From Acidimicrobiia bacterium (GTDB lineage Bacteria; Actinomycetota; Acidimicrobiia; IMCC26256; PALSA-610), in contig DASXZO010000040.1 of assembly GCA_036501845.1 (NCBI GenBank), forward strand, positions 22,568 through 86,567: DNA of 64,000 bases. The letters run 5' to 3'. This document shows, one piece after another, positions 1-9,214 of the stretch; within the stretch, counting starts at the first letter, position 1, and each line of letters opens with the position of its first letter. Position numbers and translations under genes: made by a program. The notes beneath the pieces are model-generated. The model worked only from the letters and a program-made list of their open reading frames with translations. It was not told the DNA's origin and did no database searches.

Positions 1-1310
1 AGTTCGAGGCCGAACCAGCTCCGGCCCCGCACCACCACGAACGGGTTGCCGTTGTGCTGGCGCGTGAGCCACCACGACCCCGCCCGCGCCGCGACGCTGC
101 TCGGCGCGACGAACTCGGTGACCACGAGCTTCCACCGACCGTCGACAAAGCCTTGCAACACATGCCGGCGAGCCACGGTGGCGCGCCACGCGCGATTGCG
201 GAGCTTCGCAACGCGGCTCATGTTCTTGCCCTGCGCGTTCGTGTTGAGGCGCAACCGGCTCGCGAGATACAGGTAGCGCCGATCCTCGATGCGCAGGACG
301 CGATGATCGTGATCCGTCGGCGAGCTGACCCCCTTTGAGAGGTCGCGACCCGACAGCGCCGATGGCACGTTGGCGCCCAGCAGACCGAGCAACGTGGGGA
401 GCAGGTCGACCACGCCGACCGCGTCGGTGCCGGCGGCTACCGCCGCCAATCGGGCACGCACCGAGTCGGGCACGTTCGGCGGCAACCACAACGCGCACGG
501 CACGCGTACGAGATCGTCGTGCACGCGCCCACCATGGTGAATGCGCGCGAGCTCCGGTTCGAAGCCTTCGCCGTGATCGGCCAGCACGAGCACGATCGTG
601 CGGTCGAGCGGCGCGGCCTCGATGAGCGCGTCAAGCCCTTCGTGCAAGCGCAGCACAGTCGCGTCGTAGGTGCGGCGCATGCGCGCCTGCTCGTGCACCA
701 CGCCCTTCCACGCGAGCACCCGATAATTGATCGGCGCGAAGTCGTGGCGCTCGGGGAACCACCGTTCGTATGCGCGTTGGGCGTCGGGCAGGTAGTAGTC
801 GTGCGGCAGGTTGCTGTGCAGCATGAGGAAGTAGCTCGCGCCATCGGCCGTGCGCGCGCGCAGGAACTCATCCGCGGCGGCGAACGACTCGGTGGTGTCG
901 GAGATCCAGCGGTAGGGCTCGAAGCCGGTCGACAGCCCCGACGTGCGCTTGAGCACCGAGTTGTTGATGATGGCCGCACGGTGCGTGGTGGGGAACTCCG
1001 GCACCAGGCTCTCGGCCGTGAGCGTGTGCCGGTGCGACCAGTGCTCGTGCACGAACGGATCGGTGGCGGTGAGCAGGCTGGTGGAGGCAGGCAGCGTCCA
1101 CGGCGCGGCGGCATAGCAGCGGTCGAAGCGGATCCACTCGTGGTCGAGCCGGCGCGTCAAGGCCGTGGGGCCGCCCGTGGGCAGCTGCATCGCGAGAGCG
1201 TCGCGGCGCAGCGCGTCGCCCACCAGCACCAACACGCTGAGGGCCTGGTTGGGCGAGTCGGCCGGCAAATCGGATCGCGCAGGCTCGGGCAAATGTGACC
1301 TCGCAGACAT
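1..1310 (-). CDS. sulfatase-like hydrolase/transferase (alkaline-phosphatase superfamily); 3' end runs off the window
   Basis: Absent from the ORF track because no stop lies inside the window. Hand translation of the reverse strand from the ATG (complement of 1308-1310) is uninterrupted down to position 3: MSARSHLPEP..VLVLVGDALRRD..AAPWTLPASTSLLT..YFLMLHSNLPHDYY..VLVLADHGEGFEPE.. This is the sulfatase-family motif layout. The + strand ORF 519..1298 is its antisense shadow. Confidence 0.6.
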   Translation of the reverse strand, partial: MSARSHLPEPARSDLPADSPNQALSVLVLVGDALRRDALAMQLPTGGPTALTRRLDHEWIRFDRCYAAAPWTLPASTSLLTATDPFVHEHWSHRHTLTAESLVPEFPTTHRAAIINNSVLKRTSGLSTGFEPYRWISDTTESFAAADEFLRARTADGASYFLMLHSNLPHDYYLPDAQRAYERWFPERHDFAPINYRVLAWKGVVHEQARMRRTYDATVLRLHEGLDALIEAAPLDRTIVLVLADHGEGFEPELARIHHGGRVHDDLVRVPCALWLPPNVPDSVRARLAAVAAGTDAVGVVDLLPTLLGLLGANVPSALSGRDLSKGVSSPTDHDHRVLRIEDRRYLYLASRLRLNTNAQGKNMSRVAKLRNRAWRATVARRHVLQGFVDGRWKLVVTEFVAPSSVAARAGSWWLTRQHNGNPFVVVRGRSWFGLE

Positions 1311-1420
1311 CGGCCTTCGGGGCCGGGGATTCTACGGACGCATCATGGCCCCGGGCGCGGGTCGTGGATACGATTGCCGCCGTACGCGGGGAGTGCGGCG
1401 GAGCTGGGAGAGGTGCCCCG

Positions 1421-2257
1421 ATGCAAGACGTGTCGGAACGGCTGCATGGGCACTACTTCGACCTCATTCGCCGTCTGCACGTGGCGTTGCGGCCGCGTAC
1501 CTACCTCGAGGTGGGTGTGCACACCGGCAAGTCGCTGGAGCTGGTGGGCCCGGAGACGCAGATCATCGGTATCGACCCCACGCCGGCCGTTCGCACTCGC
1601 ATCAACGACAACGCCCAGCTCTTCTTCGAGACGAGCGACGAATTCTTCGCCAGCCACGACGTGGCCGACCTGCTCGGCGGGCAGCCGATCGACATGGCGT
1701 TCATCGACGGCATGCACCTGTTCGAGTACGCGTTGCGCGACTTCCGCAACATCGAGCATTGGGCCGGCCCCGACTCCGTGGTGATGGTGCACGACTGCTA
1801 CCCGCTCGACGAAGCCAGCTCCGGTCGGGTGCGCGACTCCGACACCTGGACCGGCGACACCTGGAAGCTCGTGCCGTGCCTGCGCGCGCTGCGGCCCGAT
1901 CTCGAGATCACCACGGTGGCGGTGAAGCCGAGCGGGCTCACGCTGATCCGCAACCTCGACCCGAAGAGCACGGTGCTCGACGAGCGCTACGACGAGGCGC
2001 TCGAACGCTTCGGCGCGATCGGGTTCGAGACGATCGACGGCCGCCACGACGAGTTGCTGAAGGTCGTGGGCAACGACTGGGCGTCGATCAGCCCGCACAT
2101 TCCGAGCACGCCGTACGCGTCGGTGGGCACCGCGCCCGCCGCCGGACGGCGCTACCCGCGCTCGTGGAAGGTGCTGCGCCACCAGGCCACCCGCCAGACC
2201 AAGCTGGCCGGCCGCCGCGTGGTCGACAAGGCTCGGGGCGCGCCCGCGCCCGCCTGA
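1421..2257 (+). CDS. class I SAM-dependent methyltransferase (Methyltransf_24/TylF-like)
   Basis: ORF 1295..2257. The internal ATG at 1421 is preceded by GGGAGAGG. Motifs YLEVGVHTGKSLELV and MAFIDGMHLFEYALRDF are typical of this methyltransferase family. Confidence 0.7.
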   Translation: MQDVSERLHGHYFDLIRRLHVALRPRTYLEVGVHTGKSLELVGPETQIIGIDPTPAVRTRINDNAQLFFETSDEFFASHDVADLLGGQPIDMAFIDGMHLFEYALRDFRNIEHWAGPDSVVMVHDCYPLDEASSGRVRDSDTWTGDTWKLVPCLRALRPDLEITTVAVKPSGLTLIRNLDPKSTVLDERYDEALERFGAIGFETIDGRHDELLKVVGNDWASISPHIPSTPYASVGTAPAAGRRYPRSWKVLRHQATRQTKLAGRRVVDKARGAPAPA

Positions 2258-2273
2258 CCGCCCGCATGAAGGT

Positions 2274-3137
2274 GTGAATCCAGGCGGCCTCTCGGTGGTC
2301 GTGCCCTGTCACAACGTGGGGTCGACGCTCGCCGAGCAACTCGATGCGCTGCTCGCGCAGGACTGGCGCGGCGCGTTCGAGGTGGTGCTGGTGGAGAACC
2401 GCTCCACCGACGACACGCTCGTGGTGGCGCGCGACTACGCAGCACGCGATACGCGCGTGCGCGTGGTGATCGCCGACGAGCGCGGCGGCGCGAGCTACGC
2501 GCGCAACGCAGGCATCCGCAGCGCCTCCGCCGAGCATGTGGTGCTGTGCGACGGCGACGACATCGTGCGACCGGGCTGGCTCGCGGCGATGGCCGACGGT
2601 CTCGACGAACACCCCGTGGTGACCGGGCCGGTGAACGCCGACGTGCTCAACCCGGCGTGGCTCGTGCGCACGCGCGGCGCGCTGCCGATGGACGCGCCCC
2701 GCAAACTGCTCGACCGCATCCCGATCGCGCCGTCGGGCAACGTCGCGATGCGGCGCGAGGTGTGGGAGAAGGTGGGCGGCTACGACGAGACGATGGCCGT
2801 GGGCGAGGACCAGGAGTTCTGCATCCGGTTGTGGGAACACGGCATCCCGATCCACTTCGCGCCGGGTGCCGAGATCGCCTACCGGTATCGCACCGACGCG
2901 CGCTCGCTGTTCCGCCAGGGCCGTCTCTACGGCCGCGGCCGCCCGCTCGTGTACCGCAGGGCCGCAGCCGCGGGAGTTCGCGCGCCACGGTTCGCGGGTT
3001 GGCGCTCGTGGTTGCTGCTCGTGGCGTGGCTGCCGCGCCTACGTTCCACCGAGGGCCGAGCAAGTTGGTGCTGGCTCGCCGGCGTGCGCCTCGGCCAAGT
3101 GGAAGGCAGCATCCGCCAGCACTCCCTCTACCTCTGA
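2274..3137 (+). CDS. family 2 glycosyltransferase (GT-A)
   Basis: LSVVVPCHNVGSTLAEQLDALLAQ, VLVENRSTDDT and LCDGDD (DxD) are a classic GT2 N-terminal domain. Confidence 0.8.
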   Translation: MNPGGLSVVVPCHNVGSTLAEQLDALLAQDWRGAFEVVLVENRSTDDTLVVARDYAARDTRVRVVIADERGGASYARNAGIRSASAEHVVLCDGDDIVRPGWLAAMADGLDEHPVVTGPVNADVLNPAWLVRTRGALPMDAPRKLLDRIPIAPSGNVAMRREVWEKVGGYDETMAVGEDQEFCIRLWEHGIPIHFAPGAEIAYRYRTDARSLFRQGRLYGRGRPLVYRRAAAAGVRAPRFAGWRSWLLLVAWLPRLRSTEGRASWCWLAGVRLGQVEGSIRQHSLYL

Positions 3138-3185
3138 ACACACCCTGCTCGCGCCGGGCGTCGTAGGGCGTCGCTATTCGACGCT

Positions 3186-4061
3186 CTACGACGCCCGGGC
3201 GCGCAGGGCTTGGCGGTGGCGCCAGCGGCCTTCGGCGCGGCCGACGCGCGTACCCGCCGACCAGGCCCAGTTCGCCCGCCCGCGCGCGCTCGTGAGCGAC
3301 GGCAGCCGGCGGGCAAGGAACAGCCAGCCTTTCCAATCGTTGGCGAACTCCACGTCGGTGCCCGCGGCGCGGAACTTGGCGACGAGCTGCGCGTTCACCT
3401 TGCCGTAGTTGCGCGCCTGGCGGAACAACGCCTTGAACGTGGCGCGGTAGCGATACGCCACGACCGCCGCGGGCTCGTAGTGGCACGCGATGCCGGCTCG
3501 CCACGCGCGGTGCGAGAAGTCGACGTCGCTCCCGTTCACAAGATCCTCGGCGAAGCCACCGATGCGTGTGACGACGTCGCGCCGGAATGCCACATTGCAA
3601 CTGTGGGCCACCGGAAACACGCCCTGGAACGTCGCCTGCTCACGCTCGATGGCAAGGCCACGTGTCGCGACCAGCGAAGCAGGATTCAGCGTGTGCACGT
3701 CGAGCGCGCCGGCCACGAACTCGTGCGTGCGCAAGGCGTTGCCAATGGCCGCGACCCAACCTTCGCCCACCACGTCGTCGGAATCGCACATCGCGATGCC
3801 GCGGCCGCGCGCCGCGGCGATTCCGGTGTTGCGCGCGTAACCGATGCGAGCCTGTTCGCGGGCTTCCACAATCCGCAGCCGCGCGTCGTGGGTGCCGTAT
3901 TCGAGCGCGATCGCAAGCGTCGCGTCGGTCGACAGGTTGTCGACGAGCACAATCTCCCAGCCACCGTCCCACTCCTGCGCGCCGAGCGCGTCGAGTTGCG
4001 CCGCAAGGGTCGCGGCGGCGTTATGGGCCGGGATCACCACGGTGAGCTCGACGTTGGTCAC
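3186..4061 (-). CDS. family 2 glycosyltransferase, paralog of 2274..3137
   Basis: ORF 3186..4175 contains LTVVIPAHNAAATLAAQLDALGAQ, VLVDNLSTDAT and MCDSDD. I chose the GTG start at 4061 because it forms a GTGA overlap with the stop of the upstream GT4 gene (4058-4060). The longer M-start would be an Arg-rich overlap. Confidence 0.8.
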   Translation of the reverse strand: MTNVELTVVIPAHNAAATLAAQLDALGAQEWDGGWEIVLVDNLSTDATLAIALEYGTHDARLRIVEAREQARIGYARNTGIAAARGRGIAMCDSDDVVGEGWVAAIGNALRTHEFVAGALDVHTLNPASLVATRGLAIEREQATFQGVFPVAHSCNVAFRRDVVTRIGGFAEDLVNGSDVDFSHRAWRAGIACHYEPAAVVAYRYRATFKALFRQARNYGKVNAQLVAKFRAAGTDVEFANDWKGWLFLARRLPSLTSARGRANWAWSAGTRVGRAEGRWRHRQALRARAS

Positions 4062-5188
4062 GACGCCCCGCCGACACCGCGCTCCACCGTCTGTTCGAGC
4101 ACGGCACGAAAGCGGGCAACGATCACCTCGGTGCGCGCGTCGTCGCGTTGCGCGTACGCGCGGGCGGCATCGCACACCGTGTCGTAGTGCGCCGGATCAA
4201 GCAATCCACCGAGCGCGCGCGCCCACTCCTCCGCCGGCGCGTCGACCGCGACGGTGGCCCCGCCGGCACCAACGGCTTCACGAAGCGACGGCTGATCGGC
4301 CGCGAGCACCGGAATCCCGTTGGCCTGCGCCTCGAGCACCACGCGCGGGCGCGTGTCGGTGAGGCACGGCGCGAGCAGCACCGACGCGTCGGCGTAGCTG
4401 CGGCGCGGGTCGTCACTGCGCCGCTGGAATCGCACGTTGGACAGCGCTGCGAGGCAACTCGTGAGCGCCTGCACCGCCGCGTCATCGAGACGCCACGACT
4501 CCACGAACGTGAACGGCACGTCGGGGCACTCGGCCGCGAGCGCGATGGCGAGATCGAGCCCGTTCAACTCGATCGGATTCACGAACACAACCCGTTCCCG
4601 TGACGGCTCGACCCGGCTGCGTTCCAGATCCACCACCGACGCGATGAAGGGCGCCGGCACGCCGCGCGCCGTGGCGCCGTCGGCCAGCGCGGCCGCGTTC
4701 GCGACCACAGCGTCGGGTCGCGCCTGTGGATCGTCGACGTGTGCCAGCGCACTTTCTTCGCGGATGTAGAGCAGCACGGGCACCCGGGCGTGGTGCGCGT
4801 GTCGCCACACCGCACGCCACGAGGCGCGATCGACGCTGTTGGTCACCACCACATCGGGTCGGAACTCGGCGAGGGCGGCGGGCACGGCATTCTCGACCAC
4901 GGGTGCGGTCACTCGCTTCACGGCCTCGCGCGTGCCGGGAACCGTGGCCACGGTGGTGCGGCGCCCCACCACGCCCGTTCCCCACTGCAACACGCCGGCC
5001 AGCGGCGTGCGCGCCAGTTTCACCGACGCGTTCAACAGGCGCCGCTGCACCTGGTGCACCTTCTCGGCGCCGCGCGCCGACTGCACCACTCGCACCTGGT
5101 CGCCCGCGTCGGCAAGCGCGTCGGCGAGCTCGTGCGTACTCATCGCCGCGCCACCGCCGGTGCCGCCGCACACGAAAAGGATCCGCAT
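4058..5188 (-). CDS. GT-B fold glycosyltransferase (GT4/GT1-like)
   Basis: MRILFVCGGTGGGAAMSTHELADAL at the N-terminus and RPRVVLEAQANGIPVLA (E-x7-E-like) at the C-terminus. Confidence 0.75.
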   Translation of the reverse strand: MRILFVCGGTGGGAAMSTHELADALADAGDQVRVVQSARGAEKVHQVQRRLLNASVKLARTPLAGVLQWGTGVVGRRTTVATVPGTREAVKRVTAPVVENAVPAALAEFRPDVVVTNSVDRASWRAVWRHAHHARVPVLLYIREESALAHVDDPQARPDAVVANAAALADGATARGVPAPFIASVVDLERSRVEPSRERVVFVNPIELNGLDLAIALAAECPDVPFTFVESWRLDDAAVQALTSCLAALSNVRFQRRSDDPRRSYADASVLLAPCLTDTRPRVVLEAQANGIPVLAADQPSLREAVGAGGATVAVDAPAEEWARALGGLLDPAHYDTVCDAARAYAQRDDARTEVIVARFRAVLEQTVERGVGGAS

Positions 5189-5249
5189 TCGGCGGGCGAC
5201 GATAACAGCACCACCACGGCGCTACGGCCGGTAGCGTCGCCGCTCGCCG

Positions 5250-6221
5250 ATGCCGACGACGCCTGCCCGAACCGCGAAGTCGCTGCCGACGCGCGTCGCC
5301 GGGCGACTCTCCTACGAGCTCCACCACCGCGCGCCGGCGCCCGTGGTGTCGGCCGTCGAACGAGTCGATTACTCGCGCCGCCTATTCGCAACTCGAAACC
5401 CGGTCACGTTCAACGACAAGGTCCACTACAAGATGCTGCGCGACCACCGCCCGCTCCTCGCGCAGTGGGCCGACAAGGTTGCCGTGCGCGACTACGTGCG
5501 CGACACCGTGGGCCCCGAGATCCTCACGCACGTGTACGCGGTGGCCGACGACCTCAGCGCCGTCGACCGCGCCGCACTCCCGCGCAACTTCGTGGTGAAG
5601 GTGAATCACGCGTGCGGTGGCGTGGTGCTCGTGAACGACCGGCTCTCGCCCGACGCCGCGCTGCCCGATGCGATGGGCGCCTGGACATACTTCCTCGTGC
5701 ATCCCGACGCACTCGATTGGAACCGGCTCGAGGCCGCGGTGCGCAACTGGCTCGCCCGCACGTACGGCGGCGGCGAGTACCGCGAATGGGCGTACGCCGC
5801 CATTGCGCCGAAGGTGCTCGTGGAAGAGCTGCTGGTGCCCGCGCACGGTGCGGCACCGGCCGACTACAAGCTGTTCACGTTCGGCGGCAAGGTGCGCATC
5901 GTGCAGGTCGACTCCGATCGCCACGAAGCCCACCGCCAGAACCTGTTTGCCCCCGACTGGACGCCGTTGCCGGCCACGCTCGCGGCGCCACCGCTCGAAC
6001 CGCCGCCCGAGCGGCCCCACACGCTCGAGCGCATGATCGAGGTGGCCGAGCAACTGTCGGCCGGCGTCGACCTCGTGCGCGTCGATCTCTACGACGTGGA
6101 CGGCCGCGTGGTGTTCGGCGAGCTCACGAGTTACCCGCTCGGCGGCACCACGCGATTCGAGCCCCCGAGCTTCGAGCAGCTCGCGGGCAGTTGGTGGCAC
6201 GTGCCGAGCCGCTACACCTGA
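5250..6221 (+). CDS. ATP-grasp fold amidoligase, TupA-like
   Basis: NPVTFNDKVHYKMLRD, FVVKVNHACGG, DYKLFTFGGKVRIVQVDSDR and RVDLYDVDGRVVFGELTSYP match the TupA-like ATP-grasp family pattern. Confidence 0.7.
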   Translation: MPTTPARTAKSLPTRVAGRLSYELHHRAPAPVVSAVERVDYSRRLFATRNPVTFNDKVHYKMLRDHRPLLAQWADKVAVRDYVRDTVGPEILTHVYAVADDLSAVDRAALPRNFVVKVNHACGGVVLVNDRLSPDAALPDAMGAWTYFLVHPDALDWNRLEAAVRNWLARTYGGGEYREWAYAAIAPKVLVEELLVPAHGAAPADYKLFTFGGKVRIVQVDSDRHEAHRQNLFAPDWTPLPATLAAPPLEPPPERPHTLERMIEVAEQLSAGVDLVRVDLYDVDGRVVFGELTSYPLGGTTRFEPPSFEQLAGSWWHVPSRYT

Positions 6222-7720
6222 ACTTCGAGCAACGCGCCGCGCACCGCAGCGATGGCCGCCGCGGTGGCGCCGTGCGCGGCCTCGGCCGGCGATTGACCAG
6301 TGGCCGCCAAGCGGCTCGCGGTGACCACGCCGATGGCATAGCGCAACACGGCTGCACGACGCGGCGCGAGCTCCACCGGCTGACCGAACTGCACGCCCGG
6401 TTGCGACACGAGCGCGGAGTAGAGATCGCGCACAGGCCCGCGCGGCGCGAGTTCGCCCGACGCGGTGCGAAGTCCGAACGACACGATCGACGGCGAATCG
6501 GAGTCGAGCACCACGATTCCCGGCGTGCTGCGAAGTTGCGCCGTGATCGCGGTGCACAGGCGGTGCGTGAAATCGGCTCGCCACACACTCGGGATCGCGC
6601 GGTAGCGATCGAGCTCGCCCAGCCCCACGTGCCATCGGGCGAGCAGGCCGAGGTTGGCGTGCTGCGCCCCCGGCAACATGCCGCGCAACCACCGGGGCAT
6701 GTCGGCCAGCGCGACGATGTGGGCGAAGCCGCGCGGCAACCGCTTCCCACGACTCACCGCGGTCATCGCGCCGTGCATGAGCGCGGCATCGAGCACGATG
6801 GCACCGCAGAACGGTGGCGCGCCGAGGGCCTTCGAGCCGGTGACCATCACCGACGCACCTGCGGCGAGAAAGTCGCGCACCGCCGACGAGGGAACGCGCG
6901 CCTGCGCCGCATCGATCAACACACTCACGTGGGGCGCGCCGCGCGCCCGCCAGATGCGAACCCAGTCGGACGACAGTTGGCGCAGGTCGGTCTTGGAGCC
7001 GGCCATGGCGTGCACGAGCACCTGCTCGCCCCGGTCGAGCGCGTCCTCGATGTGCGCTTCGACCTCGGCCTCCACGTCGAACGCACGGCGAGCGCGGCCA
7101 CGGCGGTCGCGCAACTCCACGTTCACGAGCCGCACGCGATCGGGGTCGACGCCGGTGATCGGCTCGCCGGTGTCGACGTCGCCGCGGAACGGCGTGCGGC
7201 GCGCGAAGTAGCGCCCGAGGGCAGCGTTCACCGTGCCCGAGCCCGACTCCGCCGCGCCGAGCACGATGTTGCAGAGCGACCGATCGCTCGCCGCGAGCAC
7301 GAGACCGGTCGCGATCGACTCGGCGTCGGTGCCTGACGGCGCGAGCACGATCCGCTCCGCGTGGGTGGCGTCAAGCCCGAGGTGCGCAGCGATCCGCGAC
7401 GCGACTGCTTCGTGGAAGGTGTCGGGCGACGGCAGCCGTCCGGCCGAGGTGAGCGAGCGCGCCAGTCCACTCGACCATGCAGCCACGTCGGCAAGCGCCA
7501 CCGTGTCGGGCGGCGTGGCCGTGCACGACGAACCGCGCACGATGGGTTCGCGATCCACGAGGGGAAGGCCGTAGCCATTGCGGGCGGTGCCGGCGCGCGG
7601 CAACTGCCGGTCGTCGCCCCCCACGAGCAGCAGATCCTCGGGCGCGAGCGTGAGCAGTTCGAGCGCACGCGCGGTGCGATCGGGATCCAACGTTGCGAGG
7701 AAGCGATCGGGCGCCGTCAT
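6212..7720 (-). CDS. fold-type I PLP-dependent enzyme, aminotransferase class V-like
   Basis: This is the C-terminal 502 aa of ORF 6212..9172, starting at MTAPDRF. The ATG forms an ATGA overlap with the stop of the upstream decarboxylase. Motifs are SGTDAESIA, LIDAAQ and VTGSKALGAPPFCG (candidate PLP lysine). Confidence 0.65.
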   Translation of the reverse strand: MTAPDRFLATLDPDRTARALELLTLAPEDLLLVGGDDRQLPRAGTARNGYGLPLVDREPIVRGSSCTATPPDTVALADVAAWSSGLARSLTSAGRLPSPDTFHEAVASRIAAHLGLDATHAERIVLAPSGTDAESIATGLVLAASDRSLCNIVLGAAESGSGTVNAALGRYFARRTPFRGDVDTGEPITGVDPDRVRLVNVELRDRRGRARRAFDVEAEVEAHIEDALDRGEQVLVHAMAGSKTDLRQLSSDWVRIWRARGAPHVSVLIDAAQARVPSSAVRDFLAAGASVMVTGSKALGAPPFCGAIVLDAALMHGAMTAVSRGKRLPRGFAHIVALADMPRWLRGMLPGAQHANLGLLARWHVGLGELDRYRAIPSVWRADFTHRLCTAITAQLRSTPGIVVLDSDSPSIVSFGLRTASGELAPRGPVRDLYSALVSQPGVQFGQPVELAPRRAAVLRYAIGVVTASRLAATGQSPAEAAHGATAAAIAAVRGALLEVQV

Positions 7721-9060
7721 GCCGGAGATCCCATCGCGGGCGGCGTGTCGAAGCGGCGGTCGAGGTCGTCGGCCACGGCTTCCGCGGTGAGCGGCACGCC
7801 TCGCAGCATCACGCCGTACGACGCGCCCGCCGCGCCGGCGATCCGCGGCTGTTCGATCGCCCACGCCACATCGGCGAGAAACTCGTCCACCACCTGGCGG
7901 TGCCGCGGGAACACCACGAAGTGCATCGCGTCGGGGTCCGACTGCACGTCGATACGCCAGCCTCGTTGGTGCAACGCCGCGGCCACCGACGGCACCGAGT
8001 GCGAGCCGGAAGCAACTGCGAACACGCTCATCGCCGGCGCGCCGACGACGTCGAAGCCGAGCGAACCGAGGCCGGCTTGCATCCGTCGCGCCGTGCCCAT
8101 CACGTCGTGCGTGACCGCGGCATAACCACTGCGGCCGAGCGCCACCATCGCCGCGAACGCGGCCGCCGCCGGCGCCACCGAGCGGCTTCCGAGCACGCCC
8201 GAAGCCGCGTACGCGCCGCCCGGCCAGTCGAGGTCGATGTGATACGCCGCGCGCCGGAACTCGGGTCGCGCGAAGAGCAGCGCCGACGCCCCCTTCACGC
8301 CGTAGCCGTACTTGTGCAGGTCGACCGCCACGCTCGTGACGCCGTGCACGTCGAGACCGACGCGGGGGGCGCCGTCGACAAAGGGCAGGAACAGACCGCC
8401 GAGCGCGGCATCCACATGCACCGGAACGCCGGCGCGATACGCGGCCGCGGCGATCTCGGCGATCGGGTCGACGGTGCCGAACGGGTAGCAGGGCGCCGAC
8501 AGTCCGATCGCGACCGTGCCGCCGTCGACGGCATCGAGCACCGCTGCGGGGTCGACGGCGCCGCATGCTCCCGCCGGCACGCGCACGAGATCGATGTCGA
8601 GATATTCGGCGGCTTTGCCGAACGCCGGATGGGCTGTGGCCGGCACCACCACGTTCGCACCTTGGTAGCGCGCGTGGTCGCGGTACGCCTTCAGCGCCAC
8701 CATCGTCGATTCCGTGGCCCCCGACGCGAAGATGCCGTACGCCTTGGTGCCCGGCGCGAGCACCGACGCCACCATCGCGAGCACGCCGGCTTCGAACCGC
8801 GCCGCCGACGGGAACGCGGAATGCGACAGCGCGTTCTCGTCGATGAACCGCGTGGCCACCTCGCGCACGAGGCGATGGTGTGCCTCGGGCGAGTCGTACA
8901 CGAGGCTGAACCCGCGCCCGCTGCGCCAATCGAGATCGTCGAGCGCGAGCTCGTCGAGGATGGCGCGCACGCGGTCGCTGTCGACGCCGTTGTCGGGCAG
9001 CGCGCGCAATGTGCCGGCGGCCGCGGCACGAGCCGCATCGTCGATCGTGGTAACCGCCAT
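7717..9060 (-). CDS. PLP-dependent decarboxylase, group II (glutamate decarboxylase / sphingosine-1-phosphate lyase-like)
   Basis: ORF 7717..9090. The ATG at 9060 is preceded by AGGAGGG. Motifs are SGATESTMVALKAY, HVDAALGG and VAVDLHKYGYGVKGAS (the HK PLP motif). Confidence 0.75.
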   Translation of the reverse strand: MAVTTIDDAARAAAAGTLRALPDNGVDSDRVRAILDELALDDLDWRSGRGFSLVYDSPEAHHRLVREVATRFIDENALSHSAFPSAARFEAGVLAMVASVLAPGTKAYGIFASGATESTMVALKAYRDHARYQGANVVVPATAHPAFGKAAEYLDIDLVRVPAGACGAVDPAAVLDAVDGGTVAIGLSAPCYPFGTVDPIAEIAAAAYRAGVPVHVDAALGGLFLPFVDGAPRVGLDVHGVTSVAVDLHKYGYGVKGASALLFARPEFRRAAYHIDLDWPGGAYAASGVLGSRSVAPAAAAFAAMVALGRSGYAAVTHDVMGTARRMQAGLGSLGFDVVGAPAMSVFAVASGSHSVPSVAAALHQRGWRIDVQSDPDAMHFVVFPRHRQVVDEFLADVAWAIEQPRIAGAAGASYGVMLRGVPLTAEAVADDLDRRFDTPPAMGSPA

Positions 9061-9214
9061 CGCCCTCCTGCGGCTTCCGCCGAGCCGCACCGCCGCTCGG
9101 AAGTCTCGCTCGCAGCCTTGCCGGTTGCAAGCGCCTCAGCTCGATCACAGACCGAACCGTCACGGGCGCCACTCTCGCTCCGTGGGCGGCGCGGGTCTAT
9201 GTAGAGTCCGAGCG

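Noticed and set aside
4739-7336. An 865-aa + strand ORF and similar very long ORFs: 14023..15210 -, 15756..17471 -, 17314..19344 -, 21520..22977 +, 30780..32414 -, 40388..42163 -, 51465..53360 -, 37666..39387 +, 59767..60882 +
   Set aside because: These have Arg/His/Gly/Ala-dominated low-complexity translations and lie antisense or out of frame to genes with clear family motifs. They are typical high-G+C shadow ORFs.
6212-9172. A 986-aa ORF that looks like one giant protein
   Set aside because: Only its last 502 aa (from MTAPDRF at 7720) have protein-like composition and PLP-enzyme motifs. The upstream two thirds are Arg/Gly/Ala-rich out-of-frame read-through across the real decarboxylase gene (7717..9060).
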